64,000 nt of DNA from an uncultured Acidobacteriota bacterium (GCA_963700145.1 OY969474.1:736001-800000), one strand, 5' to 3'; counted from the first letter of the stretch, positions 21,839 through 32,626 are shown. Notes: a model not told the origin generated them from the sequence alone. Made by a program: numbers and translations.

Positions 21839-22854
21839 CCGCGATCCTCGAGGCGGAGCGGGTCAGCAAGGACTTCCCGGTCCGCCGCGGCCTCCTGCAG
21901 CGCCTGCACGGCGTGGTGCGCGCCGTCGACCAGGTGGACCTCGCGGTCGAGCGCGGCGAGTGTCTGGCGCTGGTGGGGGAGTCGGGGAGCGGCAAGACGA
22001 CCCTTGGCCGCTGCCTCGTCCGGCTGGTCGAGCCGACCGCCGGCCGCGTGCGCTTCCAGGGGGAGGACCTGCTCGCCCTGCCGCGCGAGGCGCTGCGGCG
22101 GAAGCGCCGGCACTTCCAGATGGTCTTCCAGGACCCCTACGGCTCGCTCAATCCGCGCCTGCGGGTGGGGGACGCGGTGGGGGAGCCGATCGAGGTGCAC
22201 GACCGGCCGCCACGGCCGGAGCGCGAGCGGCGCGTCGCCGAGCTGCTTGAGACCGTCGGGCTCTCGCCCGGCCTCGCCCGCCGCTACCCGCACGAGCTGT
22301 CGGGCGGGCAGCGGCAGCGGGTGGGGATCGCCCGCGCCCTCGCCACCCGGCCCGAGCTGCTGGTCGCCGACGAGCCGATCTCGGCGCTCGACGTCTCGGT
22401 GCGGGCGCAGGTGCTGAACCTCCTCGCCGATCTCCAGGCGCGCCTCGGGCTGACCGTCCTCTTCATCGCCCACGATCTGGCGGTGGTCGAGCAGATCGCC
22501 GACCGGGTGGCGGTCATGTACCTCGGCCGCATCGTCGAGCTGGCGCCCCGCGCGGCGCTCTTCGCCCGGCCGGCGCACCCCTACACGGCGAGCCTGCTGT
22601 CGGCCGTGCCGGAGCCGGTGCCGGCGCGCCGCCGGGAGCGGATCGTCCTCCCCGGCGAGCCGCCCAGCCCGATCGACCCGCCGTCCGGCTGCCCCTTCCA
22701 CCCGCGCTGCCCGATCGCCCGCCCGCGTTGCGCCAACGAGACGCCGCCCCTCGCCGAGGTCGCCCCCGGCCAGCTGGCCGCCTGCTTCTATCCGTTCGAG
22801 CTGTCACCGTCCGGCCATGCCGCAACGCGGAACTTTCCCCCCGTTGCGACGTAA
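21835..22854 (+). CDS. oppF: Oligopeptide/dipeptide ABC ATPase (OppF/DppF)
   Basis: [49 protein letters not shown]. Confidence 0.88.
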   Translation: MTAILEAERVSKDFPVRRGLLQRLHGVVRAVDQVDLAVERGECLALVGESGSGKTTLGRCLVRLVEPTAGRVRFQGEDLLALPREALRRKRRHFQMVFQDPYGSLNPRLRVGDAVGEPIEVHDRPPRPERERRVAELLETVGLSPGLARRYPHELSGGQRQRVGIARALATRPELLVADEPISALDVSVRAQVLNLLADLQARLGLTVLFIAHDLAVVEQIADRVAVMYLGRIVELAPRAALFARPAHPYTASLLSAVPEPVPARRRERIVLPGEPPSPIDPPSGCPFHPRCPIARPRCANETPPLAEVAPGQLAACFYPFELSPSGHAATRNFPPVAT

Positions 22855-22922
22855 GATCGGAGTGCGGGGGCAGTGCCCCCGCGCTCCGTATCCGGACCAC
22901 TTCGCACGTGAGGATGTTTTCG

Positions 22923-24575
22923 ATGCGTAAGCTCTGTGCCTGCTTGCTCCTCTCGGCCGGCGTCGCCCTGCCCGCGGCCGCCCAGGAACCGCCGCCGCCC
23001 GCCGACCCGCCCGCCGCCGGCGCCAGTCTCCAGGTGACCACCGACGCGGCCGAGCGGCCGGTGGCGATCGAGCCGGTGCGCGGCGACGGCAAGGTCCTCC
23101 TGACCCTCGACGACGCCGTCGCGATCGCCCTGCGCGCCAACCTGGGCATCGCGGTGCAGCGCTACGAGCGCCAGCGCTCGCGCTACGCGGTCTTCCAGAA
23201 CGTCGGGATCTACGACCTGCGGGCGGAGGCCTTCGCCCGCGCCCTCGACCGCACGTCGCCCACCGGCTCGCAGCTCGAGGCCTCGGCCTTCGACCAGCAG
23301 GTCGCCAACGTCGGCGTGGCGCAGCTCCTGCCGACCGGCGGCGACTTGAGCCTCTTCTGGAACAACGACCGCACCGGCACCGACAACCTCTTCCAGACCC
23401 TCAACCCGCAGTTCCGCAGCGAGGCGGGCTTCGAGTACACCCAGCCGCTGCTGCGCGACTTCGGCCGCGTCGCCACCGAGTACGGCATCCGCCTGGCCCG
23501 GCTCGACAGCCGGGTGAGCGGCGCCGAGTTCGAGCGCACGGTGGCGACGACGGTGCGCGACGTCGAGACCGCCTACTGGAACCTGGTCGAGGCGCGCGAG
23601 CAGCTCGTCGTCGCCGAGGAGAGCCTGGGGCTCGCCCGCGAGCTCCACGAGCGCAACCGCATCCAGGTCGAGGTGGGGACGATGGCGCCGCTCGAGATGG
23701 TGCAGAGCGAGGCGGCCATCGCCCTGCGCGAGGAGGACATCATCCGCGCCGGCGCCGGCGTCGAGGACGCCGCCGACCAGCTCCGGCGCCTCCTCAACTT
23801 CCCGCCGGGGGAGCTGTGGACGCTGCCGATCGAGCCGCAGACCCCGGCCGAGATCGCGCACCTCGCCGTCGACCTCGACGCGGCCATCGCGACCGCCCTC
23901 GCCGAGCGCTGGGAGCTCGGCCAGCAGCAGCTCCTCATCGAGCGCGGGCAGGTGGACGAGGCCTACCTGCGCAACCAGACCCTGCCCGACGTCGACCTGG
24001 CGATCCGCTACAACTACTCGGGCCTGGGCGGCGACCTCTTGGAGCGCGACCCGCTCACCGGCGAGCCCACCGGCCGCGTCGTCCCCGGGGGCTTCGGCGA
24101 CGCCTTCGAGCAGCTCACCGGCATCGACTTCGACACCTGGTCGGCGACCCTCACCTTCGGCTATCCGCTGCAGAACCGCGCGGCGCGGGCGCGGCGGACG
24201 AGCGCCGAGCTGGCGGTCGAGCGCGAGCGGGCGGAGCTGGAGGACCTCAAGGCGGGGATCGTCACCGAGGTACGCACCGCCGCCCGCGCCGTCGAGACCG
24301 CCGCCAAGCAGATCGAGGCGGCGCGCGCCTCGCGCGTCTTCCAGGAGCGCAACCTCGACGCCGAGCGCAAGCGCTACGAGAACGGTATGTCCACCAGCTA
24401 CCGCATCAACGAGATCCAGGAGGACCTGGCCCTGGCGCGCAGCCGCGAGGTGACGGCGGTGACGACCTACCGCCGGGCCCTCGCCGACTACTATCTGGCG
24501 ACCGGCCGGCTGCTGGAGGAGAAGGGGATCGACATCGCCGACCAGGAGGCGGAGGTGGAGCGCTTCACGTTCTGA
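22923..24575 (+). CDS. TolC-family outer membrane protein
   Basis: Signal peptide, LTLDDAVAIALRAN, YTQPLLR, V..AYWNLV, RYENGMST. Confidence 0.85.
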   Translation: MRKLCACLLLSAGVALPAAAQEPPPPADPPAAGASLQVTTDAAERPVAIEPVRGDGKVLLTLDDAVAIALRANLGIAVQRYERQRSRYAVFQNVGIYDLRAEAFARALDRTSPTGSQLEASAFDQQVANVGVAQLLPTGGDLSLFWNNDRTGTDNLFQTLNPQFRSEAGFEYTQPLLRDFGRVATEYGIRLARLDSRVSGAEFERTVATTVRDVETAYWNLVEAREQLVVAEESLGLARELHERNRIQVEVGTMAPLEMVQSEAAIALREEDIIRAGAGVEDAADQLRRLLNFPPGELWTLPIEPQTPAEIAHLAVDLDAAIATALAERWELGQQQLLIERGQVDEAYLRNQTLPDVDLAIRYNYSGLGGDLLERDPLTGEPTGRVVPGGFGDAFEQLTGIDFDTWSATLTFGYPLQNRAARARRTSAELAVERERAELEDLKAGIVTEVRTAARAVETAAKQIEAARASRVFQERNLDAERKRYENGMSTSYRINEIQEDLALARSREVTAVTTYRRALADYYLATGRLLEEKGIDIADQEAEVERFTF

Positions 24576-24586
24576 GGGAGGGAGCC

Positions 24587-25291
24587 ATGCACGAATCGGC
24601 GTTCGGACGTCTGGTGTCGGTCCTGATCGCCCCGGGGAAGACCTTCCGCTCGATCGCCGAGCGGCCGACCTGGGGTGTGGCCCTGATCGTCCTCCTGGTG
24701 CTCACCGCGGGCACCACGATGCTGTTCTTCCAGAAGCTCGACTTCGAGGACATGGTCCGCCAGCAGATGGCGGAGCAGGGGCGGGAGCTGCCCCCCGAGG
24801 CCGCGGGGCAGATGGGCATGATGCGCGGCTGCGCCATGGGCGCGGCCCTCGGCTTCCCGGTCATCTTCTACTTCGGCGTGCCGCTCCTCTTCTGGGGCGC
24901 CTTCACGCTCCTCGGCGGCATCCTCAACTACAAGACCAGCCTCGCCGCGGCGCTGCACGCCATGATGCCGGCGGCGGTCGGGGCGCTGCTCTCGATCCCG
25001 GTCCTCCTGGGGCGGGCGGAGGTCAGCGTCGAGGAGGCGCAGGCGGGCAGCGTCCTGGCCTCGAACCTCGCCCAGTTCGCGCCCGACGGCGCCTCGCCAA
25101 TGCTCATCGCCCTGCTGGCGAGCTTCGACGTCTTCACCATCTGGATGGTCGTCCTGCTCGTCATCGGCTATCACATCGTCGCCAAGGTGTCGAAGGGCAA
25201 GGCGGCGGCCGTCGTCCTCGGGCTCTGGCTGGTGGCGATCCTCCTCAAGGTGGGGATGGCGGCCCTCCAGGGGGCGGGAGGGGGCGCGTGA
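24587..25291 (+). CDS. Yip1-family membrane protein (YknW-like)
   Basis: [15 protein letters not shown] motif and five TM segments; lies between TolC and the adaptor. Confidence 0.75.
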   Translation: MHESAFGRLVSVLIAPGKTFRSIAERPTWGVALIVLLVLTAGTTMLFFQKLDFEDMVRQQMAEQGRELPPEAAGQMGMMRGCAMGAALGFPVIFYFGVPLLFWGAFTLLGGILNYKTSLAAALHAMMPAAVGALLSIPVLLGRAEVSVEEAQAGSVLASNLAQFAPDGASPMLIALLASFDVFTIWMVVLLVIGYHIVAKVSKGKAAAVVLGLWLVAILLKVGMAALQGAGGGA

Positions 25292-26549
25292 AGAAGGTCC
25301 TGATCGTCGCCGGCGTCGTCCTCGTGCTCGGCGCCGTCGTCTTCGCCAGCATGCGCGGCCGGAGCGGCGAGAAGGGGAAGAAGGTCTACGCCGAGGAGGT
25401 CGAGCGCCGCGACATCTCCCGCCTGGTCAAGGCGAGCGGCGAGATCGACCCGCGCGAGAAGGTCAACATCTCGGCCCACGTCATCGGCAAGATCGAGCGG
25501 CTGTACGTCGAGGAGGGGGACCGCATCGAGGCCGGGCGGCCCTTCCTCGACCTCGAGAAGGAGGCCTTCGTCGCCGAGCGCGACCAGTGGGCGGCGCAGG
25601 TGCGCAGCGCCCGCACCGACGTCTCCCGCGCCGAGGTGGCGCTGGCCGACGCCCGCCGCAAGCTGACGCGCGCCCGCACCCTGTCAACCCAGGGGGTCGT
25701 GTCGCGCGAGCAGCTCGAGGCGGCGGAGCTCGAGGAGCGCTCGTTGCGCCTGCAGGTGCAGGGGGCGCGCGAAGCGGTGCAGCAGGCCGAGGCGCAGCTC
25801 AGCCGGGCGCGCGACGACCTCGGCAAGACGACGATCTACGCGCCGCTCTCCGGCCGGGTGATCAAGCTCTCGGCCGAGGAGGGGGAGGTGGTGGTCTCGG
25901 GGACGATGAACAACCCCGCCTCGGTCATCGGCACCATCGCCGACCTCTCCGAGATCCTGGCGCGGGTGGACGTCGACGAGACCGAGATCGTCTACGTCCG
26001 CCCCGGCCAGACCGCGAAGCTCAAGGTGGACGCCATCCCCGACCGCGCCTACAGCGGCCGCGTCGTGGAAGTGGGGAGCTCCAGCATCACCAAGCCGCAG
26101 CAGCCGGACGTCACCTTCTTCGAGGTCAAGCTCCTCTTCGACCGGCCCGACGAGGACCTGCGCCCGGGGATGTCGGTGCGCGCCGAGATCGACACCGCAA
26201 CTCACAAGGGGGCCCTGGTCGTCCCGATCCAGGCGGTCGTGGACCGGCCGCCGCTCGACGCCGAAGGGGAGCCCCGGGACGACGCCGAGGAGGTCAAGGT
26301 GGTCTTCGTCGTCGCCGACGGCAAGGCCCCGCAGCGGCCGGTCAAGACCGGGCTCTCCGACGAGACCCACGTCGAGATCGTCTCCGGGTTGAAGCCCGGC
26401 GAGGAGGTCGTCGCCGGTCCCTACCGGATCCTCCGCGACTTGCGGCACGACGACGCCGTGCGGATCAGCGAGACGAGCGAGGCGGAGGACCGGCGCGCCG
26501 GCCGGGAGCGCCGCGACGACGAGGCCGAGGAGGAGGAGGAAGACAACTG

Positions 26550-26550
<1 letters not shown>
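25288..26550 (+). CDS. Periplasmic adaptor / membrane fusion protein (MacA/YknX-like)
   Basis: ASGEI, LYVEEGD, IYAPLSG, VDETEI, LRPGMS, KTGLSD. Confidence 0.9.
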
Positions 26551-27242
<692 letters not shown>

Positions 27243-27248
27243 GCGCCG

Positions 27249-28472
27249 ATGGTCTTCCTCGAGAACTTCCGCATCGCGCTCTCGGCGCTCCGCGCCAACA
27301 AGATGCGGTCGATCCTCACCACGCTGGGCATCGTCATCGGCGTGGCGGCGGTGGTGGCGGTGGTCTCGATCGTCCAGGGGCTGCAGTTCATGATCAGCAA
27401 CGAGCTCGGCGGCCTCGGCGCCACCTTCATCCTCATCGACCCGGACTTCGGCCGCGGCATCCCCGGCGTCGCGGCGCGGCAGATCAAGCTCACCTGGGAG
27501 GACGGCCTGGCGATCAAAGAGAAGGTCCCCGGAGTGCGCTACATCACGCCGGTCCTGATCGGCCAGGACAAGGTCAAGTACCGCGACCGGCAGCACCAGC
27601 CGGACTTCGTCTTCGGCACCAACCAGGACTGGCCCGAGGTCGCCAACTACGGCGTCGAGCACGGGCGCTTCTTCTCGCGGCTCGACCTCGAGACGCGCAA
27701 GAAGGTGACGGTGGTCGGCTCGGAGGTGGTGGAGGAGCTCAAGCTGGGCCGCGAGCCGCTGGGCAAGGAGATCTACATCGGCAAGTACCCGGCGACGGTC
27801 ATCGGCGTCATGGAGGACAAGGGGCAGTCGCTGGGGATGAACTACAACGACCTGGTCTACCTCCCCTTCGATTCGGCGGTGGGCCTCTTCGGCCGCGAGA
27901 GCGCCAACCTGGTGCGGCTGCGGCTGCAGGCGGAGAGCCCCGAGGACGTCGAGCAGATCAAGGACCAGATCAAGGCCCTGCTGCGGCAGCGTCACAAGAT
28001 CCCCCTCGGCGAGCCCGACGACTTCCAGATCGCCACCCAGGACGAGATCCTGGAGACGGCCGGCGCGATCCTGCGCGGCACGACGGCGGTGGTCGGCGGG
28101 GTGGTGGGGATCGCTCTGCTGGTCGGCGGCATCGGCATCATGAACATCATGCTGGTCTCGGTCACCGAGCGGACGCGCGAGATCGGCACCCGCAAGGCGG
28201 TCGGGGCGCGGCGGCAGGACGTGCTGCTGCAGTTCCTGATCGAGGCGGTGACGCTGTCGCTGCTGGGCGGGGTGGTGGGCCTCCTCCTCGGCTGGGGCTT
28301 CGGCGTCCTGGCCGTGAAGCTCCTCCCCGGCGACCTCCCCCCGGCCCACGTCCCCCTCTGGGCCGTCATCCTCGCCTTCGGCTTCTCGACCCTCGTCGGC
28401 GTCTTCTTCGGCATCTACCCCGCAGCCAAGGCCGCCAGGCTCGACCCCATCGAAGCGCTGCGGTACGAGTAG
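27249..28472 (+). CDS. MacB-type ABC permease
   Basis: [55 protein letters not shown]. Confidence 0.93.
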   Translation: MVFLENFRIALSALRANKMRSILTTLGIVIGVAAVVAVVSIVQGLQFMISNELGGLGATFILIDPDFGRGIPGVAARQIKLTWEDGLAIKEKVPGVRYITPVLIGQDKVKYRDRQHQPDFVFGTNQDWPEVANYGVEHGRFFSRLDLETRKKVTVVGSEVVEELKLGREPLGKEIYIGKYPATVIGVMEDKGQSLGMNYNDLVYLPFDSAVGLFGRESANLVRLRLQAESPEDVEQIKDQIKALLRQRHKIPLGEPDDFQIATQDEILETAGAILRGTTAVVGGVVGIALLVGGIGIMNIMLVSVTERTREIGTRKAVGARRQDVLLQFLIEAVTLSLLGGVVGLLLGWGFGVLAVKLLPGDLPPAHVPLWAVILAFGFSTLVGVFFGIYPAAKAARLDPIEALRYE

Positions 28473-28572
28473 CTGGCTCCTAGAACTTCCTCCTCCTCTA
28501 GCTTGATCTTTCCGAGGGAAATTCCGTGTGTATGGGACGCTGTACTGTCGGTCCGTGATAATATTGGCGAAT

Positions 28573-29619
28573 ATGCATGAGTTGTACGAATCCCAGAGCG
28601 CAGCCGCCGAGGGGAACGAAGACCCTCCCAAGATCCTGGGTGACTCGGCCCACACGCAGGCCCTGCGGCGCGCGCTGCACGAGACCTACATCCCCGTCCT
28701 CGAGGCGGACCATCCCGAGCCGGTCCTCCTCCTGGGCGAGCGGGGAACGGGCAAAGACCTCGTCGCCCGCTATCTGCACGCCTACAGCTCCCGCCGCCGC
28801 AAGCCGCTGGTAGTCGTCAACTGCGCCGAGATCACGGACGAGCTGGCGGCCTCCCGCTTCTTCGGCCACAAGAAGGGGTCCTTCACCGGCGCGCTGACCG
28901 ACGAGCCCGGCTTCTTCCGGGCGGCCCACCGCGGGATCCTCTTCCTCGACGAGGTGGCGGATCTGTCGTTGCGGGCGCAGGCCCATCTCCTCCGGGTCCT
29001 GGAGAACCATCGGGTCGTGCCCGTGGGGCAGACGCGTGAGATCCCCGTCGATGTCGACGTCCTGATGGCGACCAACCGCGATCTGGACGAGGCCACCCGG
29101 AAAGGCGCTCTGCGGGCTGATTTCTACGACCGCTTCCGCACCCTAGCCATCCGGCTCCTGCCCCTGCGCGAGCGTCCCTGGGACATCCCGCTACTCCTCG
29201 AACACTTCCGGCGACATCACGAGAGCAGGCAGCGCAAACGGACCCTCGGCTTCAGTCGCGAGGCGCAACGGGCACTGGTCTCCTACCCGTGGCATGGCAA
29301 CGTGCGCGAGCTGTCACACGCCTGCTCGCTCTTCGTCATTCATGCGCAGCCGGGCGCCTGGATCGATCAGGTGCTGATCGAGCGCTGCCTACCGGAGATC
29401 CTGGGGGCAGACCCCAATCCCAAGGCGGGCCCGTTGGTCGAAGAGCGGCAATCGATGCGGGACGCCGTGGCCGCGTTCCAACGCGAGCTCATCCTGGCGC
29501 GCCTGGAACGCTACGGCGGCAGCATCAAAGCAGCGCGGGAGAGCCTGGGGCTGAGCAGGGCGACGTTCCACCGGTATATGAAAGCGTTGGGCGTCAAAGA
29601 GGGCAATGCCGGAGACTGA
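28573..29619 (+). CDS. Sigma54-dependent enhancer-binding protein lacking an N-terminal sensor domain
   Basis: GERGTGKD, VNCA, FGHKKGSFTGA, LFLDEV, ATNRDL, YPWHGNVREL, and a Fis-type HTH (LGLSRATFHRYM). Confidence 0.9.
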   Translation: MHELYESQSAAAEGNEDPPKILGDSAHTQALRRALHETYIPVLEADHPEPVLLLGERGTGKDLVARYLHAYSSRRRKPLVVVNCAEITDELAASRFFGHKKGSFTGALTDEPGFFRAAHRGILFLDEVADLSLRAQAHLLRVLENHRVVPVGQTREIPVDVDVLMATNRDLDEATRKGALRADFYDRFRTLAIRLLPLRERPWDIPLLLEHFRRHHESRQRKRTLGFSREAQRALVSYPWHGNVRELSHACSLFVIHAQPGAWIDQVLIERCLPEILGADPNPKAGPLVEERQSMRDAVAAFQRELILARLERYGGSIKAARESLGLSRATFHRYMKALGVKEGNAGD

Positions 29620-29630
29620 GCCGCGGGCAG

Positions 29631-29679
29631 GTCTCATATCTGAGACATACCCCTCTTCCGGCCGTCTCAATCCTGAGAT
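29631..29679. promoter_or_regulatory. Paired palindromic enhancer-like sites
   Basis: GTCTCA-TATC-TGAGAC (29631-29646) and GTCTCA-ATCC-TGAGAT (29664-29679), 33 bp apart. Confidence 0.65.
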
Positions 29680-29741
29680 CGGAGCCGGGAGAGCCGCGCC
29701 GCAAGCTTCGTGGAATCAGGCATTTTCAATTTGTCCATCAG

Positions 29742-29757
29742 TTGGCGTTCTCCTTGC
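29742..29757 (+). promoter_or_regulatory. Sigma54 (-24/-12) promoter
   Basis: TTGGCGTTCTCCTTGC has GG and GC at the canonical spacing, about 60 bp before the ATG at 29817. Confidence 0.7.
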
Positions 29758-29816
29758 CCTGCTCCGCCCTGTCCTGGTGACTTCATGCCAGGACCACGAC
29801 CAAAGGAGTAGAACGC

Positions 29817-30692
29817 ATGAAGAACCCAATCCAACTCGGAATTCTTCTCTGCCTGGTCCTCGTTGCTTCAGGGTTCGTGTCCCCTGCGACCGCGCAGACA
29901 TGTATGGGGTTCACTTGTACCATCGTGGGCACCAGCGCTGGCGAAACCATCAACGGAACGCCCAACGTGGACGTCATCTGCGCCCTTGGCGGGAACGATA
30001 CGGTCAACGCCGCGGCCGGCGCCGACAAGATCTGCGGCGGCACCGGTGTAGACCAGCTCAATGGCGATGCCGGCGACGATCTGATCGATGGTGAAGGGGG
30101 CACCGATACGATAAATGGTGGGACAGCCACGGACACGGCCGCCTTTGGCTTTGCTGTGACCGCCGATCTTTTGAACTCAAACACCAGCGATGGCGACACC
30201 CTGGTCGCCATCGAGAACCTGTCCGGGTCCAGTAGCAACGATACGCTGATCGGTAACGACAGCGCCAACACTCTGATCGGGCAAGGGGGCGACGACATTC
30301 TGACCGGCAACGGCGGCGACGACTCTCTGCAAGGCCGGAACGGAAATGATCAACTGAACGGAGGAGCCGGCGCCGACAGCCTCGCTGGCGAGGGCGGCAC
30401 CGATACTGCGGTCTTCGGCACTGCCATCGATGCGAGCCTGCTGGACGGCACGGCGTTCGACGGCACCAGCACGGATACCCTGGCCACCATCGAAAACCTG
30501 ACGGGCTCGTCCGGCAGCGACACCCTGGAGGGTGACAGCAACAACAACGTCCTGAACGGCGGCTCCGGCGACGACATCCTGGATGGGGGAGACGGCACCG
30601 ATACCTGCAACGGCGGCCCGCCACCGCCGCCGATTTTCTCGGAAGAAACCGATTTCTGCTCCAACTGTGAGACGGTAACCAGCTGCGGCTGA
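29817..30692 (+). CDS. Secreted hemolysin-type (RTX-like) Ca-binding repeat protein
   Basis: Sec signal peptide (ATA-Q), many GGxGxDxL nonapeptides, IENLxGS repeats, Cys at both ends, AAGGAG RBS. Confidence 0.85.
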   Translation: MKNPIQLGILLCLVLVASGFVSPATAQTCMGFTCTIVGTSAGETINGTPNVDVICALGGNDTVNAAAGADKICGGTGVDQLNGDAGDDLIDGEGGTDTINGGTATDTAAFGFAVTADLLNSNTSDGDTLVAIENLSGSSSNDTLIGNDSANTLIGQGGDDILTGNGGDDSLQGRNGNDQLNGGAGADSLAGEGGTDTAVFGTAIDASLLDGTAFDGTSTDTLATIENLTGSSGSDTLEGDSNNNVLNGGSGDDILDGGDGTDTCNGGPPPPPIFSEETDFCSNCETVTSCG

Positions 30693-30710
30693 GCAGCGCC
30701 ACAACACACA

Positions 30711-30748
30711 ATGGGCTCCTGGCGCCGGCCGTGGCACCAGGAGCCCAT
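30711..30748 (+). terminator. Strong hairpin downstream of the RTX-like gene
   Basis: ATGGGCTCCTGG...CCAGGAGCCCAT perfect 12-bp stem. Confidence 0.5.
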
Positions 30749-30932
30749 GGTCCTTGAGAGACGACCCTCCTTCTGCAGCACGAACGTGACGTTCCTCGAG
30801 ACCTCGATAGACGAGTTGAGGTACGCGCCGAAAGCCTCTGCATCCCCGTAGCTCTGGGCGGCGTTGTGCCAGTGGCGGTAAAGATCGTTCAGCCAGAAAT
30901 AGGCCTCGTGACCTCGGCCTCCACAGTCGAGA

Positions 30933-30998
30933 TCAGGAAGCGACCAGACTCGCCAAGTCCAGCGAGTCGACGACGACCGGCCGCTCAGCCGAGGGCAT
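30933..30998 (-). pseudogene. Remnant of a PIN-type toxin start
   Basis: MPSAERPVVVDS... overlaps the end of the UPF0175 gene and stops after 21 aa. Confidence 0.35.
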
Positions 30999-31248
30999 TC
31001 GCGACGTCTCGACTGAGCTCGTTCGGGTCGTCGCTGAAGGGGGATGCCTTGAACCGGTGGAGGGCGTTCAGGAACTCCATCCGCGGGAGGCCCGCCAGTT
31101 CCGCCGCCCGGCCGGTGGAGATCCGGCCCATCTCGAACAGCTTGACGGCCAGCAAGAGCCGGGCCTCGGCCTCGAATTCCTCCGGGGTCTCTTTGAGCGA
31201 CACGAGGAGGTCGTCGGCGTAGGGGATCGTGAGGGTCCGCCGGTTCAT
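30985..31248 (-). CDS. UPF0175-family antitoxin-like protein
   Basis: ARLLLAVKLFEMGRISTGRAAELAGLPRMEFL signature. Confidence 0.8.
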   Translation of the reverse strand: MNRRTLTIPYADDLLVSLKETPEEFEAEARLLLAVKLFEMGRISTGRAAELAGLPRMEFLNALHRFKASPFSDDPNELSRDVANALG

Positions 31249-31307
31249 GTCGGCGACCATGATAACCCGCCGGATGAGGGCAGCGAGCGGCCCCGGAGGG
31301 GCGCATA

Positions 31308-31559
31308 ATGGTGTCGATGGAGACGCGCCACCCCTTCGAGATTCTGACCGAGACGGGCTTCATAGGGTCCGGGAGCGGGCCGGACGATCTCTCCATGCGT
31401 TACAAGGAGGAGCTCCGCAAGCTGCTCGCAACCAAGCATGGTGAAGGGGCCGGTGGGGGAGATCCGGAAGACTTCCCGCCGGCGGTCGCGGATGTCTCGG
31501 CAAGCGCCGAGGATGACCGAGCGGGCCCCGAGGATCTGTCCTTAGCGGCCCGAGAGTGA
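31308..31559 (+). pseudogene. Possible antitoxin C-terminal fragment
   Basis: GFIGSGSGPDDLSMRYKEEL..KHG resembles CopG/RHH antitoxin tails. No DNA-binding N-terminus is present. Confidence 0.35.
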
Positions 31560-31689
31560 TCTCCGGGGCCTGCGGAAACGTCCTCCGCAGCGACCCCCGC
31601 GGCTAAGGCGGCAAGGCTGGACCCGATCGAAGCGCTGCGGTACGAGTAGGCGATCTCCTTCAGTCAATAGGGGTTCAATGGCGGCGCCG

Positions 31690-31930
31690 TGCCTGGGGCC
31701 GCGGTGCGAGACGCTCGGACCGCGATGTGAGACGTCGGGACTGCGGTACCAGGAGCTCGTACCCGGGTACCGGGCGCTCGTCCGGCGGTACCAGGTCCTC
31801 GTACCGCCGGACCGGCGGTCCGTACGGCGGGGACACGGCCCTCGTACCGCAGTACCTAGCAGTCGTACCCTCCCGCGGTACTGGCCGCTCGTACCGCGGT
31901 ACCAGCCGCTCGTACTCCGGTACGAGGCTC
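31690..31930. repeat. Degenerate 21-bp tandem repeat (consensus about CTCGTACCGCGGTACCAGCCG)
   Basis: Roughly 10 units with palindromic core GTACCGCGGTAC; reads LVPRYQx heptads. Confidence 0.75.
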
Positions 31931-32139
31931 TCCTAACGTGCCGCACTCCAGCAGTCCGGCGACGTGAAGTCCTTGCCGGCGCGGTCATGGTTTCGTCGAA
32001 GAGGACCGTGAAGCCCTCGAACAGCTTGACGGCCAGTAGGAGCCGGCCTCGGCCTCGCCTCGCCTTCCGCAAGAAGCTTCCAGGACAGCGGCTTGCGGCT
32101 GCTCCAGGAGCTGCCGCCGCTGGAGTTCCCGCCGGAGCA

Positions 32140-32515
32140 GGAGAAATGCACCATTTCGCCGCCGCTTTGCACCATTCGGCGGCCGGAAAGAAGGGAACGG
32201 ACGCTCGGGATGCCCAGGCGGCGCCTGCCGGAGCCGCCGCGGGAGGAAAAATGCACCCCGCCGGGCCTGCGGGGTGCACCGCGGGCGCTGGGGGAGGCGC
32301 CGCAGCACCATTTATGCACCATTTTCGGCCGGCTTTGCACCATTTTGGTCCCGCGGCAGGGTTCCGAGGCCCCGCGGCGTCCTCCGGAGGCGTCGCGGCA
32401 GGCCGCTGAGCCCTCGTTTGGTGCATAGCAGGCGAAAAGTGGTGCACCTTTTCGTCTGAGGATATGTCCTCAGGCGCCGAGGGGTGCATTTCTGGCCCCG
32501 CATGGTGCATTTTTC
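32140..32515. repeat. Degenerate 21-bp-spaced TGCACCAT repeats, direct then inverted
   Basis: ATGCACCATTT / TTTGCACCATT pairs at 32146-32345, and GGTGCA copies in the opposite orientation at 32420-32512. Confidence 0.6.
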
Positions 32516-32539
32516 CTCCCCAGGGGGGACATGAAGGGC

Positions 32540-32626
32540 TGGTGCCGGAGGTGGGAGTCGAACCCACACGGGCGCAGGGCCCGGGGGATTTTGAGTCCCC
32601 TGCGTCTGCCATTCCGCCACTCCGGC
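32540..32626 (-). tRNA. tRNA-Leu(CAA)
   Basis: GCCGGAG acceptor stem, D-arm GGCGGAATGGCAGAC, anticodon arm GGGGA-CTCAAAA-TCCCC, long variable arm, GTTCGAC, CCA end. Confidence 0.97.

Larger units (their letters stand above)
28419..31649. mobile_element. Genomic islet bounded by a 54-bp imperfect direct repeat of the permease 3' end
   Basis: 28419-28472 and 31596-31649 match at 48/54, and the last 24 bp (ATCGAAGCGCTGCGGTACGAGTAG) are identical. The interior has lower GC. No integrase is seen. Confidence 0.7.

Noticed and set aside
32540-32626. Prophage or ICE integrated at tRNA-Leu
   Set aside because: No integrase or phage genes, and I did not find a duplicate of the tRNA 3' end in the window.
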